Assembly (NCBI GenBank): GCA_018692315.1
Contig: JABHKC010000028.1
Span: 70,630 to 134,629, forward strand
Direction: 5' to 3'
Length of the DNA: 64,000 nucleotides
Source of the DNA: Bacteroidota bacterium
GTDB taxonomy: Bacteria; Bacteroidota; Bacteroidia; Bacteroidales; JABHKC01
Shown here: piece after piece, positions 19,190 to 28,207 of the stretch
Numbering within the stretch: the stretch's first letter is position 1
Layout of the letters: every line of letters begins with the position of its first letter
Made by a program: the position numbers and the translations under genes
The notes under the pieces: generated by a model
Databases searched by the model: none
Seen by the model: only the letters and a program-made list of their open reading frames with translations
Told to the model about the DNA's origin: nothing

Positions 19190-20511
19190 TCCGGAGCTTG
19201 AGCCGGAGTGGGTTTCTTTCCATAAAACAAATTGTCCATTAATAGTGCAAAACGCCTGAATATGACTGAGTTATTAATCCCCCATCTAATTACATTATGA
19301 AACATATTATTCGGATGAGAGAATGGACAGACTGACATGCATTTACCACAATCGGTTCCGCTGATGCACCAATATTTAAAACATGCATCCATATTTACTT
19401 TCCATTTTTTTACTCCATTGTGATTTTTTTGCTCATCAAAAGGAATGGCAGCTGTAGGGCACACATCAGCACATTTTTTACAGTCATTGCAAAAATCTAT
19501 AATTGAACTATTTGTGGTCTTTTTGTCAGAAATAATTGGCAAGTCGGTTGTAACTACCGATAAACGAACTCTTGGTCCAAGGTATGGAGTTATTAATAGT
19601 CCGAGCCTTCCGATTACTCCTAATCCGGCATCTTCAGCAATGGGAGTGCACAAAACCTCATAATTTCCATCGATATGAGCTTTTGCACTGTAACCAAGAT
19701 TTCTAATAAATGACGAAATTGTTACTGCAATAACTGCTGCATTAATATATTGCTCGGAAGATTCTAAAACTGTTGGAGCACCAGGAGCTGCTGACATCAT
19801 ATCCCTATCCATTTCCACTGTGAAAACAATTGCATATTTGTGCTTGTTTTTTACTTCATTACCATAATTTTTTTCTCTCCCTCTATAACTGTATAAATGA
19901 TGTTTTTTGAGTTCAGTAATACCAACATTAATTGCCCCTAATTTTTTCGACCAGTTTTTAATATAGTATGTAATTTTCTCAGTATCAACTTTCTCTTTGT
20001 GCTCAGAAGTCTTGCCATCAATATCGTCATAGAGTAGTTTTATAAAATTAAAACATATTTGAGCAGTTTTGAAAATTACATTATTATACTCAGTTGAGCC
20101 CTCTGCCAACAAGCCGGGCTTACTTCTGAAATCTTCATCAGGTTTAAGATTTGATGGATTATCTTTATAATAGTTTTCAAATCTTTCGCTACCTTTCTTC
20201 AAAAGCATTCTTGAGAAAACAATATCTCTTTCATCAATTAAGGAATTTGGTTTTCCCATATCCGACATTTTCTTTTTGCCTGTAGGAATAAAAAGGACTA
20301 ATAGAAAAAAAGACGTAACAGAAACCAGTATTAAGATATATATCTCAACATTGATTATTGCAAGAAAAACGAAAGGAGCAGAAAGAATTATGCTGCTAAT
20401 TAATGAAACTATGGTAGCTCTTTTTTGTTTTTCTTTGATTGAAATAAAAGCTACAAGCACAAAAAACAGAAATAGAATTGTTCCGATACTAAATGAAATA
20501 TATTGCATCAC
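19168..20511 (-). CDS. Membrane-anchored reductive-dehalogenase-like (RdhA/QueG superfamily) iron-sulfur protein
   Basis: Three N-terminal TM helices. C-terminal CNDCKKCADVCP (CxxCxxCxxxCP) plus CxxxxxCGKCMSVCP, the two-cluster layout typical of RdhA-type enzymes. Confidence 0.6.
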   Translation of the reverse strand: MMQYISFSIGTILFLFFVLVAFISIKEKQKRATIVSLISSIILSAPFVFLAIINVEIYILILVSVTSFFLLVLFIPTGKKKMSDMGKPNSLIDERDIVFSRMLLKKGSERFENYYKDNPSNLKPDEDFRSKPGLLAEGSTEYNNVIFKTAQICFNFIKLLYDDIDGKTSEHKEKVDTEKITYYIKNWSKKLGAINVGITELKKHHLYSYRGREKNYGNEVKNKHKYAIVFTVEMDRDMMSAAPGAPTVLESSEQYINAAVIAVTISSFIRNLGYSAKAHIDGNYEVLCTPIAEDAGLGVIGRLGLLITPYLGPRVRLSVVTTDLPIISDKKTTNSSIIDFCNDCKKCADVCPTAAIPFDEQKNHNGVKKWKVNMDACFKYWCISGTDCGKCMSVCPFSHPNNMFHNVIRWGINNSVIFRRFALLMDNLFYGKKPTPAQAPDWMNLKN

Positions 20512-20631
20512 AAATTATCAAATTAGGGTGTAAAAATAGAAAATATTTATTCTATGCCCTATTTTATTAGCTTTTATATTAGATCAATTCCTATTTCCAA
20601 CTTGACTTGGTTTTACAAAATACCCACAGCT

Positions 20632-22530
20632 CTATTTATTTTGCGGGATTTTCATAATGATTATGGAAGTTGCAATACTGCTGCCTCTTCCATTTTGGTT
20701 AAAACATCTGGCCTTAAGTCTTTTACTTTCAGTAATGAAAAATGGACCAGTATATAATTTAGCGTTTTCATCAGGGATACTTCCATCAAGAGTATATCTT
20801 ACGTTTGTTATACCTGTTGGGTTGATGATATTAATTTTTTCACTGTTATCAACAAAAATTGTGTCCGGTATAATTGGGTGAGGAATCCGGTAATTTGTTT
20901 CTAATTGGTCATATCTCATGTATTGTTTATCAAGTCTATTAGAAAAATCTGCAAAATCCTTTTGCTCTTTATTTGTCCAGCATATTTCTGATAGGGCACT
21001 AATTCTTGGCATCAGCATGTATTCCAAATGCGATTCATCTTTAATAAATTCTGTCCACATGGTAGCTTCAGCGCCTATAAAATAAGAGTGATATTTCTGC
21101 GGGATAGTGTCTGGTGTAGGATCGAAAGAATACACTTTTTCGGTGTTTGTCCAACAATAGGATTGCCCGAAAGGTTCCATTTTCTTGTGTTTTTTGTCAA
21201 CATATATTCCATCGAAATACAGGTATTGATATGGCGACATAATTGCATTATGCTTTTGTTTTGCAGCTTCGATTCCTGCTGAAGTCCCCAACCATGATTG
21301 CAATACAGCATTTGGAGCTATACCTCCTTCCATAATTTCACTCCAGCCTATTAAAGTTTTGCCTTTCGAATTAATGTATTTCTCAATCTCAGTAATAAAC
21401 CAACTTTGCAATTCATGTTCGTTTTCAAGTCCTTCCCTTTTGATAACATTTTGACATTTTGAGCATTCTTTCCATCTGTCTTTAGGGCATTCATCACCTC
21501 CGATATGAATATATTTGGAAGGAAATAATTCAACCACTTCATCAATTATATCTTTAATAAAAACAAATACAGAATCATTCCCTGCACAATATACATCTGC
21601 AATAACTCCTGGCCTTTGCAATACTTCGAAAGGACCACCGGTGCAACTCAGGTTCGGATAAGAAGCTAAAGCAGCTGTTGCGTGTCCCGGCATTTCAATT
21701 TCGGGAATTACCTCTATGAATCGCTCTTTTGCATATTGAATTATTTCAAAAATTTGTTCTTGTGTATAATATCCTTGAACAGGAATGGTATCGTATTTTT
21801 GTTCTTTCCAACTTACATCGTGGTTTAAAATCAAAGTGCCTTTTCTTTTTGAACCAATCTCAATTAATTTCGGATATTTTTTAATTTCTATTCTCCAGCC
21901 TTGATCTTCAGTAAGATGCCAGTGAAACTTATTCAGTTTATGGTAGGCCATATAATCAAGATATTTTTTAGTGAATTCGACTGAAAAGAAATGCCGACAG
22001 GGATCTAAATGCATCCCTCTGTAGGCATACCTCGGTTTATCGAAAATATTGACAGCAGGAAGAATTAAGTCAAAATTTTTGGATTCCTTTGAATATATTT
22101 CTACTGGTAATAATTGCAGCAGTGTCTGCACTCCATAAAATATACCTGCAGAAGTATTCGCCTTTATAAGTAAGTTGTTTTCTGACGATAAGGTATAGCC
22201 TTCTTCACCCAATAGAGTATCAGGTTCATTATTTAGTATTAAATGTATTCCTTCCTCTGAGGATGCATTTGTAACAATGGCAATTGAAGCTCCTTGAACA
22301 CTTGTTTCGATTCGTTTTTTTAAGTATTTAGCAACTCCTTTAAGTTCATCATTCGTTTCGTTTACATAAATTTTAGTCGATTTAGAAATAATATAATTAT
22401 GCCCAAGTTCAACAATTGATTGTGGTTTTGGGATTATTTCTGCTTTCAAAACCCCTACATGATGTTTGCTCTCTTTACATGAAAGAAGAATAAAAATCAG
22501 ACTAATTGCTGTTAGTGTAATATTTTTCAT
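20632..22530 (-). CDS. Beta-N-acetylhexosaminidase, glycoside hydrolase family 20, lipoprotein
   Basis: Motifs HWHLTEDQGWR and HIGGDE. The start at 22530 gives a lipoprotein signal (LIFILLSCK). The track start at 22584 is less likely. Confidence 0.9.
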   Translation of the reverse strand: MKNITLTAISLIFILLSCKESKHHVGVLKAEIIPKPQSIVELGHNYIISKSTKIYVNETNDELKGVAKYLKKRIETSVQGASIAIVTNASSEEGIHLILNNEPDTLLGEEGYTLSSENNLLIKANTSAGIFYGVQTLLQLLPVEIYSKESKNFDLILPAVNIFDKPRYAYRGMHLDPCRHFFSVEFTKKYLDYMAYHKLNKFHWHLTEDQGWRIEIKKYPKLIEIGSKRKGTLILNHDVSWKEQKYDTIPVQGYYTQEQIFEIIQYAKERFIEVIPEIEMPGHATAALASYPNLSCTGGPFEVLQRPGVIADVYCAGNDSVFVFIKDIIDEVVELFPSKYIHIGGDECPKDRWKECSKCQNVIKREGLENEHELQSWFITEIEKYINSKGKTLIGWSEIMEGGIAPNAVLQSWLGTSAGIEAAKQKHNAIMSPYQYLYFDGIYVDKKHKKMEPFGQSYCWTNTEKVYSFDPTPDTIPQKYHSYFIGAEATMWTEFIKDESHLEYMLMPRISALSEICWTNKEQKDFADFSNRLDKQYMRYDQLETNYRIPHPIIPDTIFVDNSEKINIINPTGITNVRYTLDGSIPDENAKLYTGPFFITESKRLKARCFNQNGRGSSIATSIIIMKIPQNK

Positions 22531-22706
22531 TGCCTTTTGTAATAGATTAATTCTATGTAATACTAACCATTCAGAAATCTTCAAATTTATTGTTTTTATT
22601 CAAATCATAACACAATTTTATTATACAAAGTTTTTATTTGGATCTGTAGTAAAATTGGATGCTTTTTTGGGAGGAGGCAAATGCTAAGTAGGTTTGATTA
22701 TTGGAT

Positions 22707-24047
22707 TTACTGAGTTCCATCAAAAATATTTTCAGTTAGCAATTTATTGGTTTTTATGATTAAGCTATTTTTATTATCACTAATCACATTTATTAAACGA
22801 TAATCATCACCATTGATTAGATTATTAAATCTCCATTTATATTGTGAGATAGTTTTAACATTACCGCAATCATACCACCATGTTGAATAAAGAATATCAT
22901 TATCCTTTTGTAGTTCACTATAATAGACTTTGTTTTTGTTTGTTGAAATTATCTGTTCTTTAATTACTTTATATCCACTACCTTTCCAACAAATGATAGG
23001 AGAGTGGTCGGCAGAATAAAAACTTGCTGCAGGTTTAATGTATATCAAGAAATATTCATTTGTTAGTTTTAGAACGCTGTGCTCCTCTATTGAACTAGAA
23101 AAATCTTTTGAGAAATAATCAAGCGAAATAATATCCGGTTTTGCATTTTCCTTTGAACCTAAATTAGTAAAGCGGTAGAGAGAGAGAAGAAACAACAACA
23201 CAAAAACTAAAGAAATAAAAACAAGTCCATTAAATTTTGAATCATATCCATTAGTATTCTTTTTCTTACTTGTCGGTAAAATTTTTACTACGTACCATAA
23301 GGGCAATACAACATAAACAATGAAACAGATTATGCCGATGAGCTCATGTGAAAATGTATCAGGTGGTGATTGAAACAATGTTATCAGTATGATTCTGGCT
23401 AAATTTGATATTACCACCAGAATATATGATATTGATAAAGATAGTACTATAAATGAAATATTAATCTGACCTTTTTTCTTATGTTGATGATACGTAATAA
23501 ATATCAATGTTATAAACATTGACAATAAAACCATTTTCAATCCCATACATTCAGAATCAACATGAAATTCATTTTTCCCAATTAGAATAATGTTCCCAGA
23601 ATAATTGAAATCACTATTAATGAATTGAAGGATATTCGTAGCAATTTTAGTTAACCATAATCTTATCTCAAAGCCAACTACCTCAGATAAAAAAATTGCA
23701 ACCGGTGAGACAATTATTACGAAAAACAAAGGGATAGAACTTAATTTCCCATATTGAAATTCATAAATAAAAAATATGGAACAAATGAATGCGAAAAAAT
23801 ATATTGAGCTAAGCTTTAGAAAAGGATATAGAAGGAAAAGTATAATTGCAATAATTCCGTATCTAATGGACTTCGTATTATCTTGTTTCTTTATTACAAA
23901 TGGCAAAACCAACAGTAATAACAGAAAATTAAAGTCAAACCTTACATAAAATGCAAGCTTTTGAAATGCTAACAGAACGAATATGGAAATTAAAGCTATG
24001 GTTATGAATAGCTTGGTTTTTACAAAAGTGGTTAAGCTTATTTCCAT
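22707..24047 (-). CDS. xrtN: Exosortase (XrtN-like) fused to a C-terminal EpsI-like domain
   Basis: Polytopic N-terminal half with exosortase Cys/Arg/His motifs (DSECMGLKM, SNLARIILI, SHELIG). C-terminal soluble domain has the EpsI-like HSPIICWKGSGY. The ATG at 24047 overlaps the upstream stop (ATGGAAATAA). Confidence 0.8.
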   Translation of the reverse strand: MEISLTTFVKTKLFITIALISIFVLLAFQKLAFYVRFDFNFLLLLLVLPFVIKKQDNTKSIRYGIIAIILFLLYPFLKLSSIYFFAFICSIFFIYEFQYGKLSSIPLFFVIIVSPVAIFLSEVVGFEIRLWLTKIATNILQFINSDFNYSGNIILIGKNEFHVDSECMGLKMVLLSMFITLIFITYHQHKKKGQINISFIVLSLSISYILVVISNLARIILITLFQSPPDTFSHELIGIICFIVYVVLPLWYVVKILPTSKKKNTNGYDSKFNGLVFISLVFVLLFLLSLYRFTNLGSKENAKPDIISLDYFSKDFSSSIEEHSVLKLTNEYFLIYIKPAASFYSADHSPIICWKGSGYKVIKEQIISTNKNKVYYSELQKDNDILYSTWWYDCGNVKTISQYKWRFNNLINGDDYRLINVISDNKNSLIIKTNKLLTENIFDGTQ

Positions 24048-26557
24048 TTCACAAAGTGTAATGTCTTTTTCTTGAAGAATACGAAAATTAGAATTCCAAT
24101 AAATAAAAAGATTAATAACCATTCCCCAGGTTCTGGAACTGCTCCAGAAGATTTAACCGATGCATTTTTTAGGCTATTTTCATTTTCAGGTATATCAAAT
24201 CTTTCATAATCCTTTTTTGTTTCAAGTACTATTAGACTTGAAACAGGGCTTACAACGTAAGCTTCATTTGCTATCTCTACTAAATCATCGATATATTCCT
24301 TATTTTTATTGAAATAATTCCGCCCCATCTGTTTCATAATGGTATTATATGCAAAAAGTCTCAATAAGTGGTCTGGTGCTTTTGGTTGAACTTGGTTTGT
24401 GTCCTTATGAATACTTATACCTGCTATATCCAGATTTATTGTTGACGAATCTGTGTTATATTGATAAAAATATTTCTCATTGATGATTTTTGATAATTCA
24501 GATATGTCGCCAGAATGAAAATTAATTATTTGAAATTCTTTTAATGACTTTAAATATGGCGATGTTATTTCGCCAAATTGAAAGAGGTTTACCTTTTCAT
24601 CGATTGAATTTATCTTTTTAATGAGTTCGCTTAAAAAATCACTACCTTCTAAATCAGATAAGTTTGGCGAAAGTTCTGTAGATTTAGAAATAACAAGTGA
24701 GTTATTCCAATCAGAGATTTCATTAAATGGAAACAGACTAAAATTTTTGCTGCCAATTACTTTGTAAATTTCAGCTTCATTTTCCTTGTTCAGCTTCATG
24801 AGTTTATCATGATGTACGAATATCTGTTTTTCGGAAAATATTTTCAGCAACTCATTATATTCTGATTCTGTCCAGCTTTTATTCACATCTAAATAAATGT
24901 TTTCAGGATTAAATTTATATATCTGCTTATCAATTTCTTTTATTGCATATGAATGTTCATTAAAAAAGAATTCATTTTTAGATAATTCGGTAGCCTGACA
25001 AGACACTTCCCAATATGGCCTGAACTTTCCATTATAAACAAAATTGTTTCCCAGTCCTTTATTAAATCCATTCGGCACTTTAATATTTTCAATATCATTT
25101 TCTGATTCAAATACAAGCTGACTTGTTTCCAATATATCATGTGTTACAGGTCCATCAAAATATACATTTTGGAGCGTTAATATATCATCAAGCTTTTCAA
25201 GAGGTGTTGTGATTCCAATTTTGAATCTCCTATTTTCTTTTGGAGTGCAAGGAAAAACTGTTACAGTTAGGGTATTTCCTTCTTGCCAATGCAACAAAGC
25301 CGGGTCTCTTCGTTCAACACCAACAATGCTAACATATGCGCTATCAGCTTTTGATTTTGTCGTTAATCGGGATTTTTCTTCTTTTCCGTCAATCCAAAGT
25401 GACAATGAAGTGGCCACAGAACCTTCCGGTAAATAAAAAGTAAAGGCCGCTTCCTGTTGGTTATTTTCCCATTGACTATAGTTCTTTACTGTAATTATTT
25501 TTTCTGAATAAGCTAAACGATAATCCGGGAAAATTTTAATGTTATTAAGAACCTCAATTGTACCAATATTTCTTCCTGACCATAATTTTCTCTGAGCTAA
25601 ATGTCTTGCATTAAATTGTGATTTTAAGATTTTTACTCTGGTATCTCTATCAAGATTAATGTCGCCAAGAATAGCTAATCCAATATTCACCAGAGGGTCG
25701 TGCCTTTTTACTTCATCAAATATTGTATTGCCCCAAGCTCCCCACATATTTTTAAAAGTGTCATATGCTAAATTTCCTTTTATAATTTTCTGGGAAAATT
25801 TATCTGTTGGCATATCCTGACAAAGCAAAATCCATTCTGGCAAAGTATTATCTGGCCTGGTAATGATTGATGAAGTTGATTTATGAATTTCGTTTTTGAA
25901 ATTACTCCATTGAAATAGAAAAACTATGGTTATGGAAATTGGAATTATTATTCCGGAATAAAACAGTGCTTTTTCAGTTTTCGATTTTTTCAGTTTGGCG
26001 TAGATAATTATTGTTGATATTGTTATTAAAAGTGGGATTAATAAATGAATAGTTAATCCGAAAAACATCAGGCCGATTATTGATATATGATAAATGGGAG
26101 CTAAATAAACAGCAAAATAAGTTGTCATAACTATGCCTGCTCCAAGGAAAAAGGAAATAGGGTATCTAAGAACTTTTGGTATTTTTTCGATATAACATAT
26201 TCCAAGAAAAGAAATGTAGAAAAGAATTAAGTAAACCTTTACCCAAAGAGTAAATTGCGCAAATATTACAATCGAATTGTTTAATGTAAATGAGCTAATT
26301 GAAAAAAGAACCAATGAAACAATTATTAGTCTCCTATCAATTTGTCTGAATCTAAAAAACGGCCTGTTATTTATTAGAACAATTAAGAAATATCCAATTG
26401 AAAAAATGTAATTAACGAAAAATTCTCCACTACCTTCAAAGAAATCTCCATTTACACTGCGTTTTAAACTTGTTAATACTAAAACTACTAGCATTACAGG
26501 AATTAATATTAGTCCTGCATTTAATAATTTACTTTTTGATTGTTTAGGCTTCTCCAT
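24038..26557 (-). CDS. Polytopic membrane VIT-domain protein with PEP-CTERM-like C-terminal sorting signal (XrtN-system VIT protein)
   Basis: About 230 aa of N-terminal TM helices. VIT-like block (FTFYLPEGSVATSLSLWIDGKEEKSRL...RDPALLHWQEGN). The tail is VPEPGEWLLIFLFIGILIFVFFKKK, i.e. PEP motif, TM helix and basic cluster. Confidence 0.8.
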   Translation of the reverse strand: MEKPKQSKSKLLNAGLILIPVMLVVLVLTSLKRSVNGDFFEGSGEFFVNYIFSIGYFLIVLINNRPFFRFRQIDRRLIIVSLVLFSISSFTLNNSIVIFAQFTLWVKVYLILFYISFLGICYIEKIPKVLRYPISFFLGAGIVMTTYFAVYLAPIYHISIIGLMFFGLTIHLLIPLLITISTIIIYAKLKKSKTEKALFYSGIIIPISITIVFLFQWSNFKNEIHKSTSSIITRPDNTLPEWILLCQDMPTDKFSQKIIKGNLAYDTFKNMWGAWGNTIFDEVKRHDPLVNIGLAILGDINLDRDTRVKILKSQFNARHLAQRKLWSGRNIGTIEVLNNIKIFPDYRLAYSEKIITVKNYSQWENNQQEAAFTFYLPEGSVATSLSLWIDGKEEKSRLTTKSKADSAYVSIVGVERRDPALLHWQEGNTLTVTVFPCTPKENRRFKIGITTPLEKLDDILTLQNVYFDGPVTHDILETSQLVFESENDIENIKVPNGFNKGLGNNFVYNGKFRPYWEVSCQATELSKNEFFFNEHSYAIKEIDKQIYKFNPENIYLDVNKSWTESEYNELLKIFSEKQIFVHHDKLMKLNKENEAEIYKVIGSKNFSLFPFNEISDWNNSLVISKSTELSPNLSDLEGSDFLSELIKKINSIDEKVNLFQFGEITSPYLKSLKEFQIINFHSGDISELSKIINEKYFYQYNTDSSTINLDIAGISIHKDTNQVQPKAPDHLLRLFAYNTIMKQMGRNYFNKNKEYIDDLVEIANEAYVVSPVSSLIVLETKKDYERFDIPENENSLKNASVKSSGAVPEPGEWLLIFLFIGILIFVFFKKKTLHFVKWK

Positions 26558-26727
26558 GATATTATATTTTCAAATCAAAACGTCAATTTATTAGTAGTTG
26601 GTGTTCATTCATTCAATTATTTAACCTTTCTTAACGAAATCATTCACTCAAATTGCGATATGTTCTATTTTCAGATAGAGGAAATAAATTAGGAATATTA
26701 GAAATTAGGTTTACAGTTCTCTCAATT

Positions 26728-26922
26728 TCATTTGATAATTTTCTTAGTTCTTTTTTCATAAACTTTGCGTACTTCTGAATGTGAGTTTAATTTGCCATTT
26801 TCTGCATCCGATATTCCTTTTTCAATAGATTTTCTTTCTGCATCTGATATTTTGATCCACCAATCTTTTGTTTGGTCTTTTCTAATATCTAATATTTTTT
26901 GTATTAAAGAACTATCCTCCAA
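26728..26922 (-). CDS. Antitoxin-like small protein, probably 5'-truncated
   Basis: KDWWIKISDAERKSIEKGISDAENGKLNSHSEV matches the small Bacteroidota addiction-module-component pattern (DWW..IS.eek..Ie.G..d...G...sHeev). There is no ATG, only a TTG. No partner toxin ORF is adjacent. Confidence 0.35.
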   Translation of the reverse strand: MEDSSLIQKILDIRKDQTKDWWIKISDAERKSIEKGISDAENGKLNSHSEVRKVYEKRTKKIIK

Positions 26923-26948
26923 AGTTACCCAAACATATTTTCGTCATT

Positions 26949-27269
26949 CTATCCTTTTTTATATTCCGCTTGTGGCTCCGCTGCCATACTTAACTTTTCT
27001 TCTGCTTCTCCAACTGTTACCTGCCCATTCATTAGCATAGGCAATAACCAATCTCGTAGAGCGGTGAGTTGTTGGTTTTGCTTCATATTTATTAAAATCT
27101 TTTCCATTGAAGGACTAACAGTTTCATCAAACTGCTCTATCAAATCATTATTTGGAATGACAAATTTAAGTTCTCGAATTTTATCTTGTGATAAATTATC
27201 TCTTGCAGAACCTGAACTTAAATTGACCAAATATTTATATAAATCTTCAAGACCAAGTTTAGTAAATGT
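26949..27269 (-). pseudogene. hsdS: 3' fragment of a type I restriction-modification specificity subunit (hsdS)
   Basis: It encodes only about the last 100 aa of an HsdS (SSGSARDNLSQDKIRELKFVIPNNDLIEQF...ALRDWLLPMLMNGQVTV). No N-terminal TRD and no hsdM/hsdR are nearby. The rest of track ORF 26949-27365 is antisense to intron-like sequence. Confidence 0.65.
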
Positions 27270-27712
27270 GTGTGCCCAGCATAAGCGTATGCGGACACCT
27301 ACCTTGATGTTCAAGAAATATTTCAAAAATAGAAATATTTTTTGAAAATAAAAATTGATATTCAATTTGGGTAGGCATTAAATATTTCCAGAGAGTGAAA
27401 GTCTCTTACAGGCTGGGTTGGTGAAGCCTGTTAGTAAGTCGCAAGGGTGGTAGCTGCGAAGCTACATCTGAAGGAAGCGAGACTACAAAATCCGGTACTG
27501 ACGAACAGAAACAGTATATGAGGCTGTTTGAAATGGATAAGCAAGCACATCTTTGCAAAGCCTCTGACCAACAAATTTCAGATAGTAGATACTGAAGGCA
27601 TCGGAGGAAGGAAAGCGTTTTTACCTGGGGAGGTCTCGGAATAGATTAGTTTTCTATGAGCCGAGAAGTCAGCAGAAGTCATATTAGGTATGGAATACGA
27701 GCCGAACCCTAA
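27270..27712 (+). mobile_element. ORF-less 5' fragment of a bacterial group II intron (domains I-III up to the start of domain IV)
   Basis: Starts GTGTGCCCAGC (GUGYG-type 5' end). GC-rich structured stretch with strings I recall from group II D1-D4 regions: GTGAAAGTC, GGAAGGAAAG...TACCTGGGGAGGTCTCGG, GCCGAGAAGTCAGCAGAAGTCATA. No RT/maturase ORF or domain V/VI follows. Confidence 0.55.
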
Positions 27713-28207
27713 TTATTTAGTGTTGGTATGTTTGCACGTGTTCAGAGCAAACGCATGAAAAAAATTAAAGTAAGTAGGTTTGTTATTTGATTAAAATACA
27801 ATCCATTACAAATTGCAAAATTGCATTTAGGTTTTAATAAGGTAACAAGCTCAACCTTACTACTTTATTACTATCTTATATTTGTGGCTGTAATTAAAAT
27901 ACTTGCAATCATGCAATTAACTATTTATTTTTTCACTTTTAATAAAATGGAAAATTATTATTATCTTTAATATATATTATTGTTTTCATACGTTTGCCCT
28001 GGAACGGGTTTGTTTGATTTTAATAATTCATTATAAAAACCTATATTTCTCCAAAAATGTAAAATTGTATTATGCTGACATTCATTTATTTGCGACTTTG
28101 CACCTTTGCGAAAAATAACTGTTTCGTTTTTTTCAGGCCGGATTTAATGAAATCAAAAATGAAAAATTAAGCCTTTACATTCAAGTCAATAAAAAACAAA
28201 CAAGATT

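Noticed and set aside
24048-24122. Upstream start (24122) for the exosortase gene as given in the ORF track
   Set aside because: It would overlap the PEP-CTERM tail coding region of the VIT gene by 85 nt and add a non-hydrophobic leader. The ATG at 24047 (MEISLTTFVKTKLF) gives a 10-nt coupled overlap and starts directly at the first TM helix.
27713-28207. Search for the group II intron reverse transcriptase ORF and the domain V/VI 3' end downstream of the 5' fragment
   Set aside because: No ORF of 60 aa or more with RT motifs is present. No 34-nt domain V-like hairpin (GAGCCGTAT...ACGGTTC type) was found. The region is AT-rich non-coding DNA, so the intron is called truncated.
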